In this document: piece after piece, positions 1 through 12,050 of the stretch | Position numbering within the stretch: the stretch's first letter is position 1 | Layout of the letters: every line of letters begins with the position of its first letter | Origin: Octopus vulgaris | Lineage: Eukaryota | Reading direction: 5' to 3' | Assembly (NCBI GenBank): GCA_951406725.2 | Contig: OX597835.1 | Span: forward strand, 43,214,001-43,278,000 | DNA: 64,000 nt | Made by a program: the position numbers and the translations under genes | Notes under the pieces: generated by a model | What the model was told of the DNA's origin: nothing | Seen by the model: only the letters and a program-made list of their open reading frames with translations | The model's database searches: none

Positions 1-88
1 GTTTGACCAAACTCTTTGAGGCAACGGCCCAGCGTGGCCACATTTCATTGACTGAAACAATTAAAAAAAAAATTCAAAGATGTATATA

Positions 89-701
89 ATCCAGTTGCCA
101 CGTACAGGGTAGCACCTACATTGCTAGAAATAAGAGCCAAAAGCCCTTATAGCCACAAGAAGCACATTTATGCACTGACAGGAGAGACAGGCAGTTGTCT
201 CCCCTGTTGGTGCATAAGGCTATACTCTCTTTTACATTCTCTTACTTGTTTCAGTCATTTGACTGCGGCCATGCTGGAGCACTGCCTTCAGTCGAGCAAA
301 TCGACCACAGGACTTGATCTTTGTAAACCTAGAACTTATTCTATCGGTCTCTTTTGCCGAACCGCTAAGTTACGGGGACATAAACACACCAGCATCGGTT
401 GTCAAGCGATGTTGGGGGATGGGGACAAAAACACAGACACATATACATATATATATAAACGACGGGCTTCTTTCAGTTTCCGTCTACCAAATCTACTCAT
501 AAAGGCTTTGGTCAGCCCGAGGCTATAGAAGAAGACACTTACCTAAGGTGCCATGCAGTGGGACTGAACCCGGAACCATGTGGTTGGTAAGCAAGCTACT
601 TACCACACAGCCACTCCTGTGCCTATAAGGGCTTTTAGTTCTTATTTCTAGCAATGTAGATGCTACTCTCTCCCTTCAGTTACAATTAGTGGCAAGTGGA
701 T
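89..701. mobile_element. Palindromic MITE-like element interrupted by a SINE
   Basis: Inverted repeats ATCCAGTTGCCAC (89-101) / GTGGCAAGTGGAT (689-701) and ~106-150 / ~624-668; internal hairpin 167-216; SINE inserted at a TATA (221-224 / 624-627). Confidence 0.6.
225..623 (-). mobile_element. tRNA-derived SINE family A (Octopus-type), full length
   Basis: Reverse strand reads GGCACAGGAGTGGCTGTGTGGTAAG...GGTTCCGGGTTCAGTCCC (A/B-box-like head), internal (TA)n/(TG)n, tail CAGTCAAATGACTGAAACAAGTAAGAG; more than 10 copies in the window. Confidence 0.85.
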
Positions 702-1029
702 TTTTTTTTTTTGGTTTTATATTGTTTAATCCCCAGGGGTAAACCCTGATTGAGCAGCGTTCTAATCAAAAGCGTTTCAGCCATGACCATCCATTTTATT
801 TAGGACTTGGTAGGACTACATTATCTAATGTGTTCCTTCCAAATGCAAGCCAGTATGTGTGATGTGGCTGTTGTTTCTAGCAGGTTGAATGACTACAAAG
901 AGGCTTCCACATTGGCATCACTTTGTCAGCCAGGACTGTTGTGGTGGAGAGGTCAGTTAGCTTATTGGATCATTCAAAAGCACAGAAATTGCCAACTAGG
1001 ATATTTCCTGATCATATATCTATGACCAG

Positions 1030-1254
1030 TGGAGGCGCATGGCTTAGTGGTTAAGGTGGTGGTTTCGATTCCTGGACCGGGCGACGCGTTGTGTTCTTGA
1101 GCAACACACTTCATTTTCACGTTGCTCCAGTCCACTCAGCTGGCAAAAATGAGTAAGCCTGTGAGGGACTGGCGTCCCTTCCAGGTGAGGAATTTCTACA
1201 CCACTAAAACTGAGAAACCGGCCCTTATGAGCCTGGCATGGCTTGAGAACGAAC
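1030..1254 (+). mobile_element. tRNA-derived SINE family C (V-SINE-like body)
   Basis: Head GGAGGCGCATGGCTTAGTGGTTAAG...TTCGATTCC; tail GAAACCGGCCCTTATGAGCC shared with 49522-49820. Confidence 0.7.
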
Positions 1255-1289
1255 ATTTTTTTTTATATATCTATGACCTGTATTGACTA

Positions 1290-1550
1290 TTATTGATGAA
1301 AACTATGATTGACAACAGCTGTCACTGTCGTAACCAGTAGCAACTACATCATAGCCAATAGTGACTATGTCATAACTTATAGTTGCTATGTCATAACTAG
1401 TAGATACTAGACCATAACCAATGGTTGCTATGTCATAACTAGTAGCTGTTATGTCAACCAGTGGTTGTTGTGTGATACTCAATAATGTAGCTACCAAGTC
1501 ATCACCAGTAGCTACTCCGTATATCATATGGTAACCACTTATGACATCAC
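1290..1550. repeat. Degenerate ~21-bp minisatellite
   Basis: Recurrent GTAG(T/C)TGCTATGTCATAAC(C/T)A units. Confidence 0.7.
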
Positions 1551-1560
1551 AACTCTTGGT

Positions 1561-2270
1561 GGATCTTTTCCTTTTGAACGGCAGTTTTCAACACAATTTC
1601 TAGTTAACTAAACACTTTAAAACTTCGTATACTGGTAGAATGTGTCAAAATAAAACATTTTTTTCTCTTGGCTTTCTTGAGAAAATTGTAATTTGTAAGT
1701 TTAACGTAGTTTAATTTTTCGAATTTTAACCAATCAATGCCCTCTATTGAGCTAAAATCATTTGCTGCGTCTAAAACTGAGACAACATCCTGTCACTGTT
1801 ATGTTTACGTATGGAAAGCGTGTGTATAAAATTATAGAATTATTTGTTTGCTAATTGTTTAAATTATTTTCCATTACTTTCGTTTTAGCCTTTCGGTTTT
1901 TTTTTTCTTAAGCAATGGAAAATAGTTTAAACAATACACATGTACCTCAAAACTAATAATTTTTGACACACGCGTAACAATTAAATTAATTTAACAATTA
2001 AGAAAAATAAAACGAAAGGCTAAAATTTAGGGTTAGGGTTAGTTGTCTCAGTTTTAGACACAGCAAATGATTTTAGCTCAATAAAGGTGATTGATTGGTT
2101 AAAATTCGAAAAATTAAACTACGTTAAACTTACAAATTACAATTTTCTCAAGAAAGCCAAGAGAAAAAATGATGTTTTATTTTGACACATTCTACCAGAA
2201 TACGAAGTTTAAAAGTGTTTAGTTAACTAGAAATTGTGTTGAAAACTGCCGTACTAAAAGGAAAAGATCC
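1561..2270. mobile_element. MITE with ~225-bp TIRs, Merlin-like
   Basis: Starts GGATCTTTTCCTTTT and ends AAAAGGAAAAGATCC; near-identical inverted arms 1561-1786 / 2042-2270; flanking 8-bp TSD CTCTTGGT / CTTTTGGT. GG termini with an 8-bp TSD match Merlin. Confidence 0.75.
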
Positions 2271-2475
2271 CTTTTGGTTATGATGTAGTAAGATAGTATT
2301 TATTATTGCTGGTTCGTTCTTGTAGCTTATTACTGGTCATCTGTTGGTTGTGTTACGACCTGGTGGCAACAAGCGATGACAGTGGATGTTATTTATCATT
2401 TCTGGTTATTTCAGTGAAAGCTATTGTTAATCATATCTCACATGAATCCTAGCTACGGCAGATCATAGATATCAA

Positions 2476-2980
2476 CATCATCATTATCGTTTAACATTCA
2501 CTTTCCATGCTAGCATGGGTTGGACGGTTCGACTGGGGTCTGGGAAGCCAGGAGGCTGCACCAGGCCCAGTCTGATCTGGCAGTGTTTCTACAGCTGGAT
2601 GCCCTTCCTAACGCCAATCACTCCGAGAGTGTAGTGGGTGCTTTTTACGTGCCAGACGAGGCTGGCAACAGCCAAGATCGGTTGGTGCTTTTTACGTGCC
2701 ACCAGCATGGAGGCCAGTCGGAGCGGCGCTGGCAACGACCATGTTCGGATTATTCTTTTATGTGCCACCGACACTGGTACAATACAATTTCCATTGATTT
2801 TTGAGTGATTTCGATTCCGATTTCACTTGCCTCAACAGGTCTTCGCAAGCAGAGTTTTCTGTCCCAAGAGGGAAAGGTATGTATAAGTGGGCTGGCTACA
2901 TCCTAGGTAGAGGCCACGGGTTATGGTCTCACTTGTCCTGCCAGGTCTTCTCACGCACAGCATACTTCCAAAGGTTTCGG
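2476..2980 (-). mobile_element. Non-autonomous RTE-related retroelement / SINE
   Basis: Reverse strand contains GGCGTTAGGAAGGGCATCCAGCTGTAGAAAC and ends in a (GAT)n-like tail; no ORF. Confidence 0.55.
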
Positions 2981-3271
2981 TATATGATCAGGAAATATCG
3001 TAGTTGCAAACCCGTGTGTTTTTGAGTGATTCACTAGGCTAATCTGTCCTATCAACGGCTTCAGACTCCTCAGTAAACATATTTTGTGTATATCTCTTCC
3101 TCTTACCTACAACTGAAAGTGTATGTTCAATAAAGATATTTTCTTGCCAAAAAAACATTGTTTTGTGTGTATTTGTTAAATTTTTTTGAGAAAGATCATT
3201 TGATGTTCATTAATTTCTCAAACAGTCACAAAGTTACACTATTTTGTAATGGCAGTGGGGTTATAGGTCAC

Positions 3272-3503
3272 CGGTCGAGTTGGCAGAAACGTTAGCACAC
3301 CGGGCGAAATGCGTAACCGTATTTCGTCTGCCGTTACGTTCTGAGTTCAAATTCCGCCAAGGTCGACTTTGCCTTTCATCCTTTCGGGGTCGATAAATTA
3401 AGTACCAGTTACGCACTGGGGTCGATGTAATCGAGTTAATCCGTTTGTCTGTCCTTGTTTGTCCTCTCTGTGTGTAGCCCCTTGTGGGTAGTAAAGAAAC
3501 AGG
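3272..3503 (+). mobile_element. tRNA-derived SINE family B (Nin/Deu-domain-like core)
   Basis: GAGTTGGCAGAAACGTTAGC...GAGTTCAAATTCC head; core GCCTTTCATCCTTTCGGGGTCGATAAATTAAGTACCAG; tail CCCCTTGTGGGTAGTAAAGAAA. Confidence 0.85.
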
Positions 3504-3999
3504 TATTTTATTTGATGACAGTTGTGTTGTTTTTTCTTTTTTGGTTTTTTTCCAACAAATTTTTGAAAACTACCAGCCCAATTCCTATCTACAAAGCTGG
3601 GACTTTACTCCATGCTAGAACCTTTCCTGCCAAAAGAATGTTTATTTATTCACATAGTTTAGAACCAAGCAAACGTTACTTCGTAGCTTTGAGATTTTGA
3701 TGAGGTAACTGCTAATTCTTAGAATGATATTGTAGGGCTGGTGTGAGAGGCCAGACCTGGCTGATTTGAACATAAAACTTGTAAGACAATTCGGCCGGAT
3801 ATGGCCGATTTAACCATTTTTCCCTGATTATGTGTGACTGAAATTAGGGGACGTCTAATATCTTTGTTCATCTTTTATGCCATCAAATGGAGTAATTATA
3901 TTCTGCCATTTTCCCTGGGGTTATTTTATAAACCCTGGAAGAATAAAAGGTAAAAGTGTAACACGAATTGAATTGAATGGAAGAAGGGTCTTAATTCTT

Positions 4000-4210
4000 T
4001 CATCCTTGTATTTATTTGCCATTTGACTGTGGCCATGCTGGAGCACCGCCTTAAGTGATTTTGCTCGAAGAACTCGCCCCCCAGGACGTATTCTTTGTAA
4101 GCTTAGTACTTATTCTGTTGGTCTATTTTGCCGAATTGTTAAGTTACGGGGACGTAAACACACCGGCATCGGTTGTCAAGCGATGGCGGGGGTGGGGTGG
4201 AGGACAAAGA

Positions 4211-4241
<31 letters not shown>
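4000..4241 (-). mobile_element. SINE family A, 3' half
   Basis: Matches 225-450 (CATTTGACTGTGGCCATGCTGGAGCACCGCC...AAGTTACGGGGACGTAAACAC). Confidence 0.75.
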
Positions 4242-4243
<2 letters not shown>

Positions 4244-4420
4244 GTTTAGTAATGACAAAGTTAATATACTTCGTTATTTTCGAAATTAATTGGCTGAAGC
4301 AGCCCAGAATACTTCAACATAAACGGGGTACAAAAGGTTTGACAATGTGTAAGGTTGATTTCAGTCTTACGAAGTAATCACACAATATGTAAGGGAGATA
4401 ACTCTTCATCGCTTGATATT

Positions 4421-4934
4421 GAGTGAGAGCAGTGCGAGCCGTCTGGTGACACGGGTAGAAATATATGAAGCCCAATATACCCATCATGACTACCAGATTG
4501 ATAAGGGTACACCAGGCACATGCATCACAACCATATGTGCGCGACATGGTGATCTTGTATCAAGATAAACAGCGCATGACCTTTCAGGATCCTGCTCAAA
4601 AGGTCCCTGAATAAGGGTTGTTTAAGGATGTTGAAAGAAACACTCGTATTTCCAGAGGTGAATTATCCAAACCCCAAAGAATCCCTCTCAACACATGGCT
4701 ATGATGCTCCCCCACTACTTCTGCTCGTGATCAGGGATGCACATATCGTCAGCCACTAAGGGACATGCTCAACTGGTTAAGGTCAAACAACTGACAAGCA
4801 AATCTGTGGTATTCAGCAGAATGTTTGCTGTAGCCCATCTTTTATACCAAGGACAAAACAATGTACATGATAACACTTCCAATCAGTTAAGATCAGAAGC
4901 CATGAGAGCCACTGCCCTGGTACTGCATCAGGGC
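4421..4934 (-). mobile_element. Non-coding ~555-bp element associated with (TAA)n, copy 1 (small internal deletion)
   Basis: Near-identical to 34611-35092, 37040-37464 and 37501-38054; abuts (ATT)n. Orientation inferred by analogy with Dong. Confidence 0.8.
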
Positions 4935-5018
4935 ATTATTATTATTATTATCATCATCGAAAGAAAAATAATTATTACAATTATCGTTGGAAGATAATTA
5001 TTTTGATTTTAATTAATC

Positions 5019-5590
5019 AGCGAGCTGTCAGAATCGTCGACGCGCCAGACAAAGTGCTTAACAGCGTATTGTCCGTCTTTGTGTTCTGAGTTCAAATTCG
5101 GTCAAGGTTGACTTTGTATTTAGTCCTTTCAGGGTTGATAAAAATAAGTACCAGTTGATTACTAGGGTCGATGTAATCGATTTACCCCTGCCCCAGTAAT
5201 TGCTGGCCTTGTGCCAAAATTTGAAATCATTATTATTATTATTCGACCCTTCCCAGGGCGGCGAGCTGGCAGAATCATTAGCACGACGGGCGAATTGCTT
5301 GGCGGCATTTCGTCCGTCCTTACGTTCTGAGGTCAACTTTGCCTTTCATCCTTTTGGGGTCGATAAATTAAGTACCAGTTACGCACTGTCCTCTCTGTGT
5401 TTAGCCCCTTGTGGGTAGTAAAGAAATAGGTATTTCGTCTGCCGTTACGTTCTGGGTTAAAATTCCGCTGATGTCGACTTTGCCTTTCATCCTTTCGGGT
5501 CGATAAATTAAGTACCAGTTACGCACTGGGGTTGATGTAATCGACTTACCCAACCACTAAAATTTCAGGACTTGTGCCTATAATAGAAAG
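5019..5590 (+). mobile_element. Cluster of SINE family B copies (monomer plus dimer)
   Basis: Three occurrences of the Nin-like core. Confidence 0.8.
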
Positions 5591-5649
5591 GATTGTATAT
5601 ATGTGTGTGTAAGGGCAGATGTCTATTAAAATAACACTTCAGTGTGACT

Positions 5650-6120
5650 GATAAAATACAGGTGAGATATAACTACTACCTGAGTATGAGGTGTATCACC
5701 ACTAATGAAATACAGGTGAGAGATAATTACTACCTGAGTGTGTGGTGTATAACGTTAATAAAATATAGGTAACGTAATTAACTATAGTGTGAATGTGTGA
5801 CAGTAATAACATCCAGGTGAGATATGTCACTCATAATATACAGGTGAGATATAATTACCACTTGACTGTATGGTGTGTAACACTAACAAAATACAGGTAA
5901 GATAATTGCTGTCTGTGACAGGAATAACGTAATGGCATGTTGCAGGTGAGATGTGGGACTGCAATAACATACAAGGGAGATAATTACTACTTAAACGTTG
6001 TGTTTAACATTAATAACATACAGGTGAGTGATAGGTAAGTAGCACTAAAGAAATACAGGTGAAAAATAATTTACGTCTGAAGGTGGAGTGTGTTGCTGAT
6101 GAATTACAGGTGAGAGATAA
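5650..6120. repeat. Degenerate ~55-bp minisatellite
   Basis: Repeated AAATACAGGTGAGATAATTACTACCTGAGTG units. Confidence 0.7.
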
Positions 6121-6432
6121 ACTTGCGTGGAAACTCTTCCCAGTGCGAACCAACGGGGGTTTCCCGGCTGGAAAACCATTCGCTCTACTAAACGACCCCC
6201 TCTGGGTTAAAGAACACATCAGCCAATGGTAGTTCCTGATACACAAAACGATGGAATGGCTTTTCATTGACAGAATTTAGGCATTCCTCTCCACCACCCC
6301 ACCCACCCGTGATTCCTATTTTGCTCAATTGGGCCCTCGGCCATTTGACGTTTGAAAAATGCTATTATATCTTCGTAATGAAATATTAGAATTTTATAAC
6401 AAAAAAATATAAAAAAAGAATATTTTGTGTCT

Positions 6433-6666
6433 GTCCAATAAACTGGTTATGTATCGTAGAATTATAAACCAGCTTCGTTTTCGTAATTGGTTTGCAAGAT
6501 TCTTTATGTGAATTCGTGTGTTGGAAAAACTTTTGTTGTGTCTAGGGAGAGTCATTGTGTCAATATAACAGTCGGATATATAATAAATGAGTGGAATTGA
6601 ACCAGTGCGTGTGTGTTAATTATATTGGTATAATGAACCTCCCTAGATATAACCAGTTTATTGGAC
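6433..6666. mobile_element. Small MITE-like element
   Basis: 18-bp perfect TIR GTCCAATAAACTGGTTAT / ATAACCAGTTTATTGGAC; interior resembles 42808-42895; no clear TSD. Confidence 0.5.
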
Positions 6667-6799
6667 CTAGATTTTAATAACGAAATCTTATGTGGATCAG
6701 TTTAGAATCACTGATTTCAATGAAGATATCCTGCCTCAAGCTTAGAAACGGCAGTGATGGCGCTGATAGCAAATAGGGCCTCGATTCCTGGAACACTTT

Positions 6800-7010
6800 G
6801 GGGACCGGTTTCCATGGCGTGTAAGTGACCAAAACCACAATATTCCGTGTGGATGGGAAGCCAGTGTCCCGTCGCAGGGTCTTGCCCGCTAAGTGGACCG
6901 AAGCAACGTGAATTGAAGTGTATTGCTCAAGAATACAACGCACCGCCCGGTCCAAGAATCGAAATCACGATCTCTCTGTTGTGAGTGCAACACCCTAACC
7001 GCTAGGCCAC
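6800..7010 (-). mobile_element. SINE family C-related copy
   Basis: Reverse strand GTGGCCTAGCGGTTAGGGTG...TTCGATTCTTGGACCGGGCGGTGCGTTGTATTCTTGAGCAA, homologous to 1030-1140. Confidence 0.7.
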
Positions 7011-7039
7011 GGGAAAAAAAAACGAAGCCAGCACAAAAT

Positions 7040-8022
7040 GTTTTGCGGTATTTGTTCTGAGTTCAAATTCCGCCGAGGTCGACTTTGCCTTTCATCCTTC
7101 TGGGGTTGATTAAATAAGTACCAGTTACGCACTGGGGTCGATATAATCGACTTAATCCGTTTGTCTGTCCCCTCTGTGTTTAGCCCCTTGTGGGTAGTAA
7201 AGAAATAGGTATTTCGTCTGTCTTTACGTCCTGAGTTCAAATTCCGCCGAGGTTAACTTTGCCTTTCATCCTTTCGGGATCGATAAATTAAGTAGCAGTT
7301 ACGCACTGAGGTCGATCTAATCGACTGGCCCCCTCCCCCAAAATTTCGGGCCTTGTGCCTAAAGTAGAAAAGGATGTAGACGAATAACGTATAAACAAAG
7401 TTACCTCCCTTGATCGCTCAGTCGTAGCAAATCAATTGTTTATGACGGACGACCGGAGCTGGTCGAACCGCTACGGCGCCGGGCGAAATGCTTAGCGGCA
7501 TTTCGTCTGTCCTTACGTTCTGAGTTCAAACTCCGCCGAGGTTGACTTTTCCTTTCATCCTTTCGGGGTCGATAAATTAAGTAGCAGTGAAACACTGGGG
7601 TCGATCTAATCGACTATTCCCTTCCCCCAGATTTCAGGCTTTATGCCTTTAGTAAAAGGGATTATTACGGGCGGCGAGGTGGTAGAATTGTTACCGCGCC
7701 GGGGAAAACTGCTTAGCGGTATTTCTTCGGACTTTACGCTCGGAGTTTGAATGCTGATGAAGTTGACCTTACCTTTCATCCTTTCGGGGTCGATATAACA
7801 AGTACCAGTCCAGCACTGGGGTCGATGTAATCGACTGTCACCTTCTCCAAAATTTCAGGTCTCCTGCCTATTATAGAAAGATTATTACAGCACACAAACA
7901 TACACACACGGTGTGTACCGGGTTCATTCCCACAGCGTGGCACCTTGGGCATGTGTCTTCTACTGTAGCCTCGGGCCGACCAAAGCTTGGCCGCAGTCAA
8001 ATGACTGAAACAAGTAAAAGAG
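7040..8022 (+). mobile_element. Cluster of SINE B copies followed by a SINE A fragment
   Basis: Nin-like cores at ~7085, 7260, 7550 and 7772; SINE A pieces at 7915-8022. Confidence 0.75.
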
Positions 8023-8101
8023 TACCGTGTTCGCCCTTCTCGTTTAACAAAGCTGGTTAACCTCAGTGAATGTAGAGGGTATCCGAACTGTGGTTAGATT
8101 T

Positions 8102-8199
8102 TACCCCGATGAAGCAGCACCGGTAATTAACACCAAGATACACCCCAAGATGCATAATTGGTAGTGTGCACCGGCTTGCAGCGGAAAAACGTGTAGGTA
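8102..8199 (+). ncRNA. Type I hammerhead ribozyme motif, variant core CCGAUGA, long stem II
   Basis: Stem I TACC/GGTA; CCGATGA (8106-8112); stem II includes CCGGT...ACCGG; GAAA (8184-8187); AACGTGTA (palindrome ACACGTGT with one substitution); predicted cut after GUA at 8195. Confidence 0.6.
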
Positions 8200-8464
8200 C
8201 TGACAAAGAAAGATGCGATTAACTGTATTATAAAACCTGGCTACGTAAACCTCTGTTCTAATATCTATTAATTTATATATATGTATATATATATATATAA
8301 AGGGCAAGCAACAGGTTGCCTAGCCACATACCGAAAAATTAGAAATAGCAGTCAAAGACCGCTTCTTTCTATTTTCTACAAATATAACTCCACATATAAC
8401 ATATACATGTAACTCACATATGTAAAACAGAAGGAAAAAATAACGAAAACAAAGTCTTCGATTA

Positions 8465-8524
8465 GTTACGGACGCGTTTCTGGATTAGAATTATAAATCA
8501 ATTCATTTCCTTCTTCGGCGCAAC
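8465..8524 (-). ncRNA. Type I hammerhead ribozyme in the PLE 3' region (core CCGAAGA)
   Basis: Reverse strand GTTGCG-CCGAAGA-A-GGA..GAATTG..TAATTC..TCC-A-GAAA-CGCGTC-CGTAAC; 6-bp stem I with one GU pair; palindromic stem III ACGCGT. Confidence 0.75.
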
Positions 8525-9855
8525 ATTCCATTTAATAGATTTCGCAAATGCTATACATACCTCCAGCTTCCCGAACTAGCGTCATCGGAGATAGTAGGAG
8601 ATAGCCAGCATAGGCCAAATCCATATAGAGAATGAATTCGTACTTTCGTAATGGTATATATATGGGATTACCTTGGGTTTCACGTCTCTAAAACGCTTAT
8701 GGCTTCTCTAGAAAATGGAAGAGGAAAGCACCTCGCTACTCAATGTCAACAACAGAGGATTGTCTCCCTTCGACTATCGATCGTAATTGATCATGTTATC
8801 TTGTGGGTCCCAATATGCCAGCAGGAATTTCCTGAAATACAAGCACGGTCCGAAGATCTCCATTCTGGAGTTAAAGATGTTCCCCAGATCGAGGGAGTCC
8901 TTTAGTATCTTCGCCCTTTTCCCTGTGCACAGTTTACAATATTTGGTCCGTTTATGTAGGGGCCTGGATTTTCTAGGATTTTCCATGAATCTCGCCGTCC
9001 TTCAGCTGCCATATATGGCTGGCAAATGATGTAATGTATTTCCTTTCCAGTATGCTGAAGGAGGATCTGTGGTTGTAGAGGCGTTACTTGAATGTGTTTC
9101 GGGAGCAACCGATTAATCTCCGTACTCGGGTGTTGGCGGTGCTGTATCTGCTGGTGTTGGCATTGCTGCTACCGCTATTATTGGTACTGGAGCTGTTGGT
9201 GTTGGTGTCATAGGAGATGGCGATGGTGTTGGGTGCCGTTAATACTGGTGTTGGTAATGGTGCTGTTGTTGTTGTGGTCATCGTCGTTGATGAAGGCGCT
9301 GTCACTGCTGTTATAGATATCGTTGGCAATGGCTCCACTGCTATTTCCGTTAGGGACACTGCCATTTCCTGTCGTTGATATTGTTCTTGTTGTTATCGCT
9401 GGCGACGGTGCTGCCGCTGGTTCTGTTCGTCTCTGCTCCTGCTGCTGCTGCTGCTATTCGTGTCGGCCAGAACCTCAGTTTCGTAGACGACTCGCTCGGT
9501 TTCGCAGTGGCCTCTCACTAGGAATGTGTTGTGGTCCTTGCATGAACATCCTGCCTCCGTTCATGATATAGGGATGCTCTTAATATTAAGTTCACAGCTA
9601 AAAGAGACCCTAAAGTTGTGCCTATGTGAAGGTGTGAAATTTTTATTGACTTAAAGAATATCCTACCCACATACGTTTTTACATTAAGGTAGAAGTTGGG
9701 ACAAACCAAATAATATTTCTACGACGCTCTCCTCTACAGATGTAGTCCGGCGTGTAGGAGATGTGGTCCCTAAATCTGCTGGCAGCTAGAGCCTAGTTGT
9801 AGTAGGAGGCTGCTGCATCAAAAATCTCTTGGCTGGATCCTCTTGCTAACACCCT

Positions 9856-11071
9856 TCACCAGGTGGTGAAGGTCTTGCTAACAACCTTCACAATGGGTGG
9901 GTGACAGGACGCTGTGATGGTGTACATTAGCCTCTCATTTGGCTTGCGGTTAGGGCTGTATGTACCGGGGCCCAAGTCGAGCCTGACATCTAAGAAACCG
10001 GCGGTGGTGAGATTGGTCCCGATGGTAATTTTCAGTCCCTTGGAGCCAAGTATGCTAATTAGATCTTTCCTAAGCCTGTCCGTTTTCTCCTTTAGAGATG
10101 ACCTGAGAGAGAGGCCGAAGGGGACAAAGGGAAACTTTTTCTTTGGGGCATCAAAGATATACAACCCGATGAGGTCACTTACATCAGCGCAGTCGCGGGC
10201 CCCTAAAGCTACATCAAAGGAGCCAGCGGAGTCGCATTGTTTGACCCAGCACTGTTTTCCTGGCGTGCATAATGACATCTATATCCCTGCCGCTAACGTC
10301 AGTGAAGCCCCTAGCAAAGGAAATTGCCATGACCAGTAACCCTTTTGATATAGACGAGTAAAAATCGACCAAGTCAAACTGGGTGGACCTTGCTCTGTCT
10401 CTCCCTTTGTTAGTATCAAACCATGTAATCAACTCGTTTGTGCGACGCCATAGGGAAAGCTTGCTGGCTCTCCGTATGTCGTTGTTGATGATTCTCAGTA
10501 TCTGCTTTCTCGCTAGACCGATCTCGGATTTGGCCGGATTAATCAGGCGGCATTTAGGGTTTGAGGCAAAGTTCGGTTTATAATCATTGATGGTAATAAA
10601 GGCGCTCCTTTTAACTAAGATCTCTACCCTATCAGCTATATCTAAGTCGTTGGCTAATTGTTTGGCTTCATTGTTGATGTCGTATGTGTGGGGGGAAGCG
10701 CGCCAATAATTCTGTGTAATATTGTTTTCTAGCAGCCTATCGTAGTCTATCCTATATAGGTTTTTCGTCTTATCTGAGAAGATTAGGGACCTATCCGAGT
10801 TTTTTAGCAGTCTAATGTTGGCACGGAGCTTCCGTTGGAAGGAGCAAGAGAACTTAGGGAAGTTTAGCTTGGGAATGATGCCCAGTAGGTCCACTTCGAA
10901 GGGTGGGTGTTTCCTAGAGTTGACTCCATAGGTGTTGCTCTCCGGGAATATCGTGGCTAGGTCGTGGTAGAAGGCTTTCCATCTCATTTGCCTTATTACG
11001 TCCATCATTTTTCGAGTGTACAGCTCATTAGACGGTGTAGGTATACTCTTAGTGGAGTAGCCGAGGCCCAA
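9856..11071 (-). pseudogene. PLE reverse transcriptase pseudogene
   Basis: Overlapping ORFs 10214-11071 and 9856-10278 carry PLE RT motifs; frameshifted, and the YRDD catalytic motif is deleted. Confidence 0.85.
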
Positions 11072-11612
11072 AGTGGTTTCCGTAAAGATGTATATAAGCG
11101 CGGCCTGCTGGTCAGCTATTTAACACAAACCACGTGGCCTTTGTAAAAAGCTCTGGCCAGCGAGCGAGATGGATCGTCGGTTGAACCTAAATCCGAAAAA
11201 TATGCACATTCTTGCTCCCGGACCGGAGTGTTTTACAAAGATCACGTAGTTTGTGTTAAATAACTGACTGGGAATATAATTAAGATTCTCTAATGAGAAC
11301 TAAGATTATAATGATCACGTGATAAGGATATCACGTAAATAAGGATATGTCTGTTTACTTCATTTCGAGAGTTTGTCTCTCCGTGGAAGGGTGATTTAGC
11401 TCGCTCTCTCGCTTTCCGTTATTTGACTGCGGCCTTGCTGGAGCAACGCCATTAGTCGAACAGATCGACCCCCGGGACTTATTCGTTGTAAGCCTAGTAC
11501 TTACTCTATCGGCCTCTTTTGTCAAACCGCTATGTTACGAGGGCGTAAACACACCAGCATCGGTTGTCAAACGATGGTGGGAGAACAAAAACAGACACAC
11601 AAATACATACAC

Positions 11613-11655
<43 letters not shown>

Positions 11656-11657
<2 letters not shown>

Positions 11658-12040
11658 CCATAAGGCTTTACTTCCACACACGCCAGCTTAATCTAATTCG
11701 TCCTTAGTCGAAAGACACCTGTTGTTATGTCCTGTTATTTGTATTTGTGCAACTTTCTCCGTTTTTTTTTCGTCCTTGTTTTCGTATACATTCTCTGCTT
11801 TCTTCCAATGAATCTAATGCTCTTGGCTTAGTATTTCCTTGGGGCTGGCCAGATTGGAGCAATCTCGAGTATAAACAGCCGAAATTGCAAAGATACTCTG
11901 GAACTCGACTGATGAAAGAAAACTCTGACTGATCCGTTCTTGTTTTCTTTGTATCGTCTATCTGGATATTTTGTTGTCCCTTTCTTGTGTCACCTAACTG
12001 TCTGGATATTTTGCGTTCTTGTCCCATTTTGTATTTATAT
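11656..12040 (+). mobile_element. Non-coding repeat inserted in (TA)n, family unknown
   Basis: Flanked by TA repeats; the segment CAGCCGAAATT...GACTGANGA...TCCGT recurs at 58089-58216. Confidence 0.5.
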
Positions 12041-12050
12041 ACATACATAT

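Larger units (their letters stand above)
8300..11350 (-). mobile_element. Penelope-like element, decayed (RT, Thr-rich region, GIY-YIG C-terminus, HHR-bearing 3' region)
   Basis: ORF pieces GYSTKSIPTPS...MRWKAF, SDKTKNLY, KCRLINPAKSEIG, QFDLVDFYSSI, FDVALGARDCADVSDLIGLY, FLDVRLDL, SCHPP, and KYCKLC...NSRMEIFGPC; typical PLE layout with frameshifts. Confidence 0.9.

Noticed and set aside
2026-2042. TTAGGG telomeric repeats
   Set aside because: Fewer than three units, internal to a MITE; not a telomere.
6093-6140. CTGATGA...GAAA spacing resembling a hammerhead
   Set aside because: Stems II and III do not pair convincingly, and it overlaps a minisatellite.
8535-8590. Second CCGATGA...GAAA on the minus strand of the PLE 3' region
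   Set aside because: No stem I and no palindromic stem III.
11860-11940. Possible type III hammerhead: ATC|TCGAGT...ACTCGA-CTGATGA (related CTGAAGA..GAAT at 58122)
   Set aside because: No GAAA box or stem III partner in either copy; an HDV-like fold could not be completed either. Worth a consensus-level recheck.
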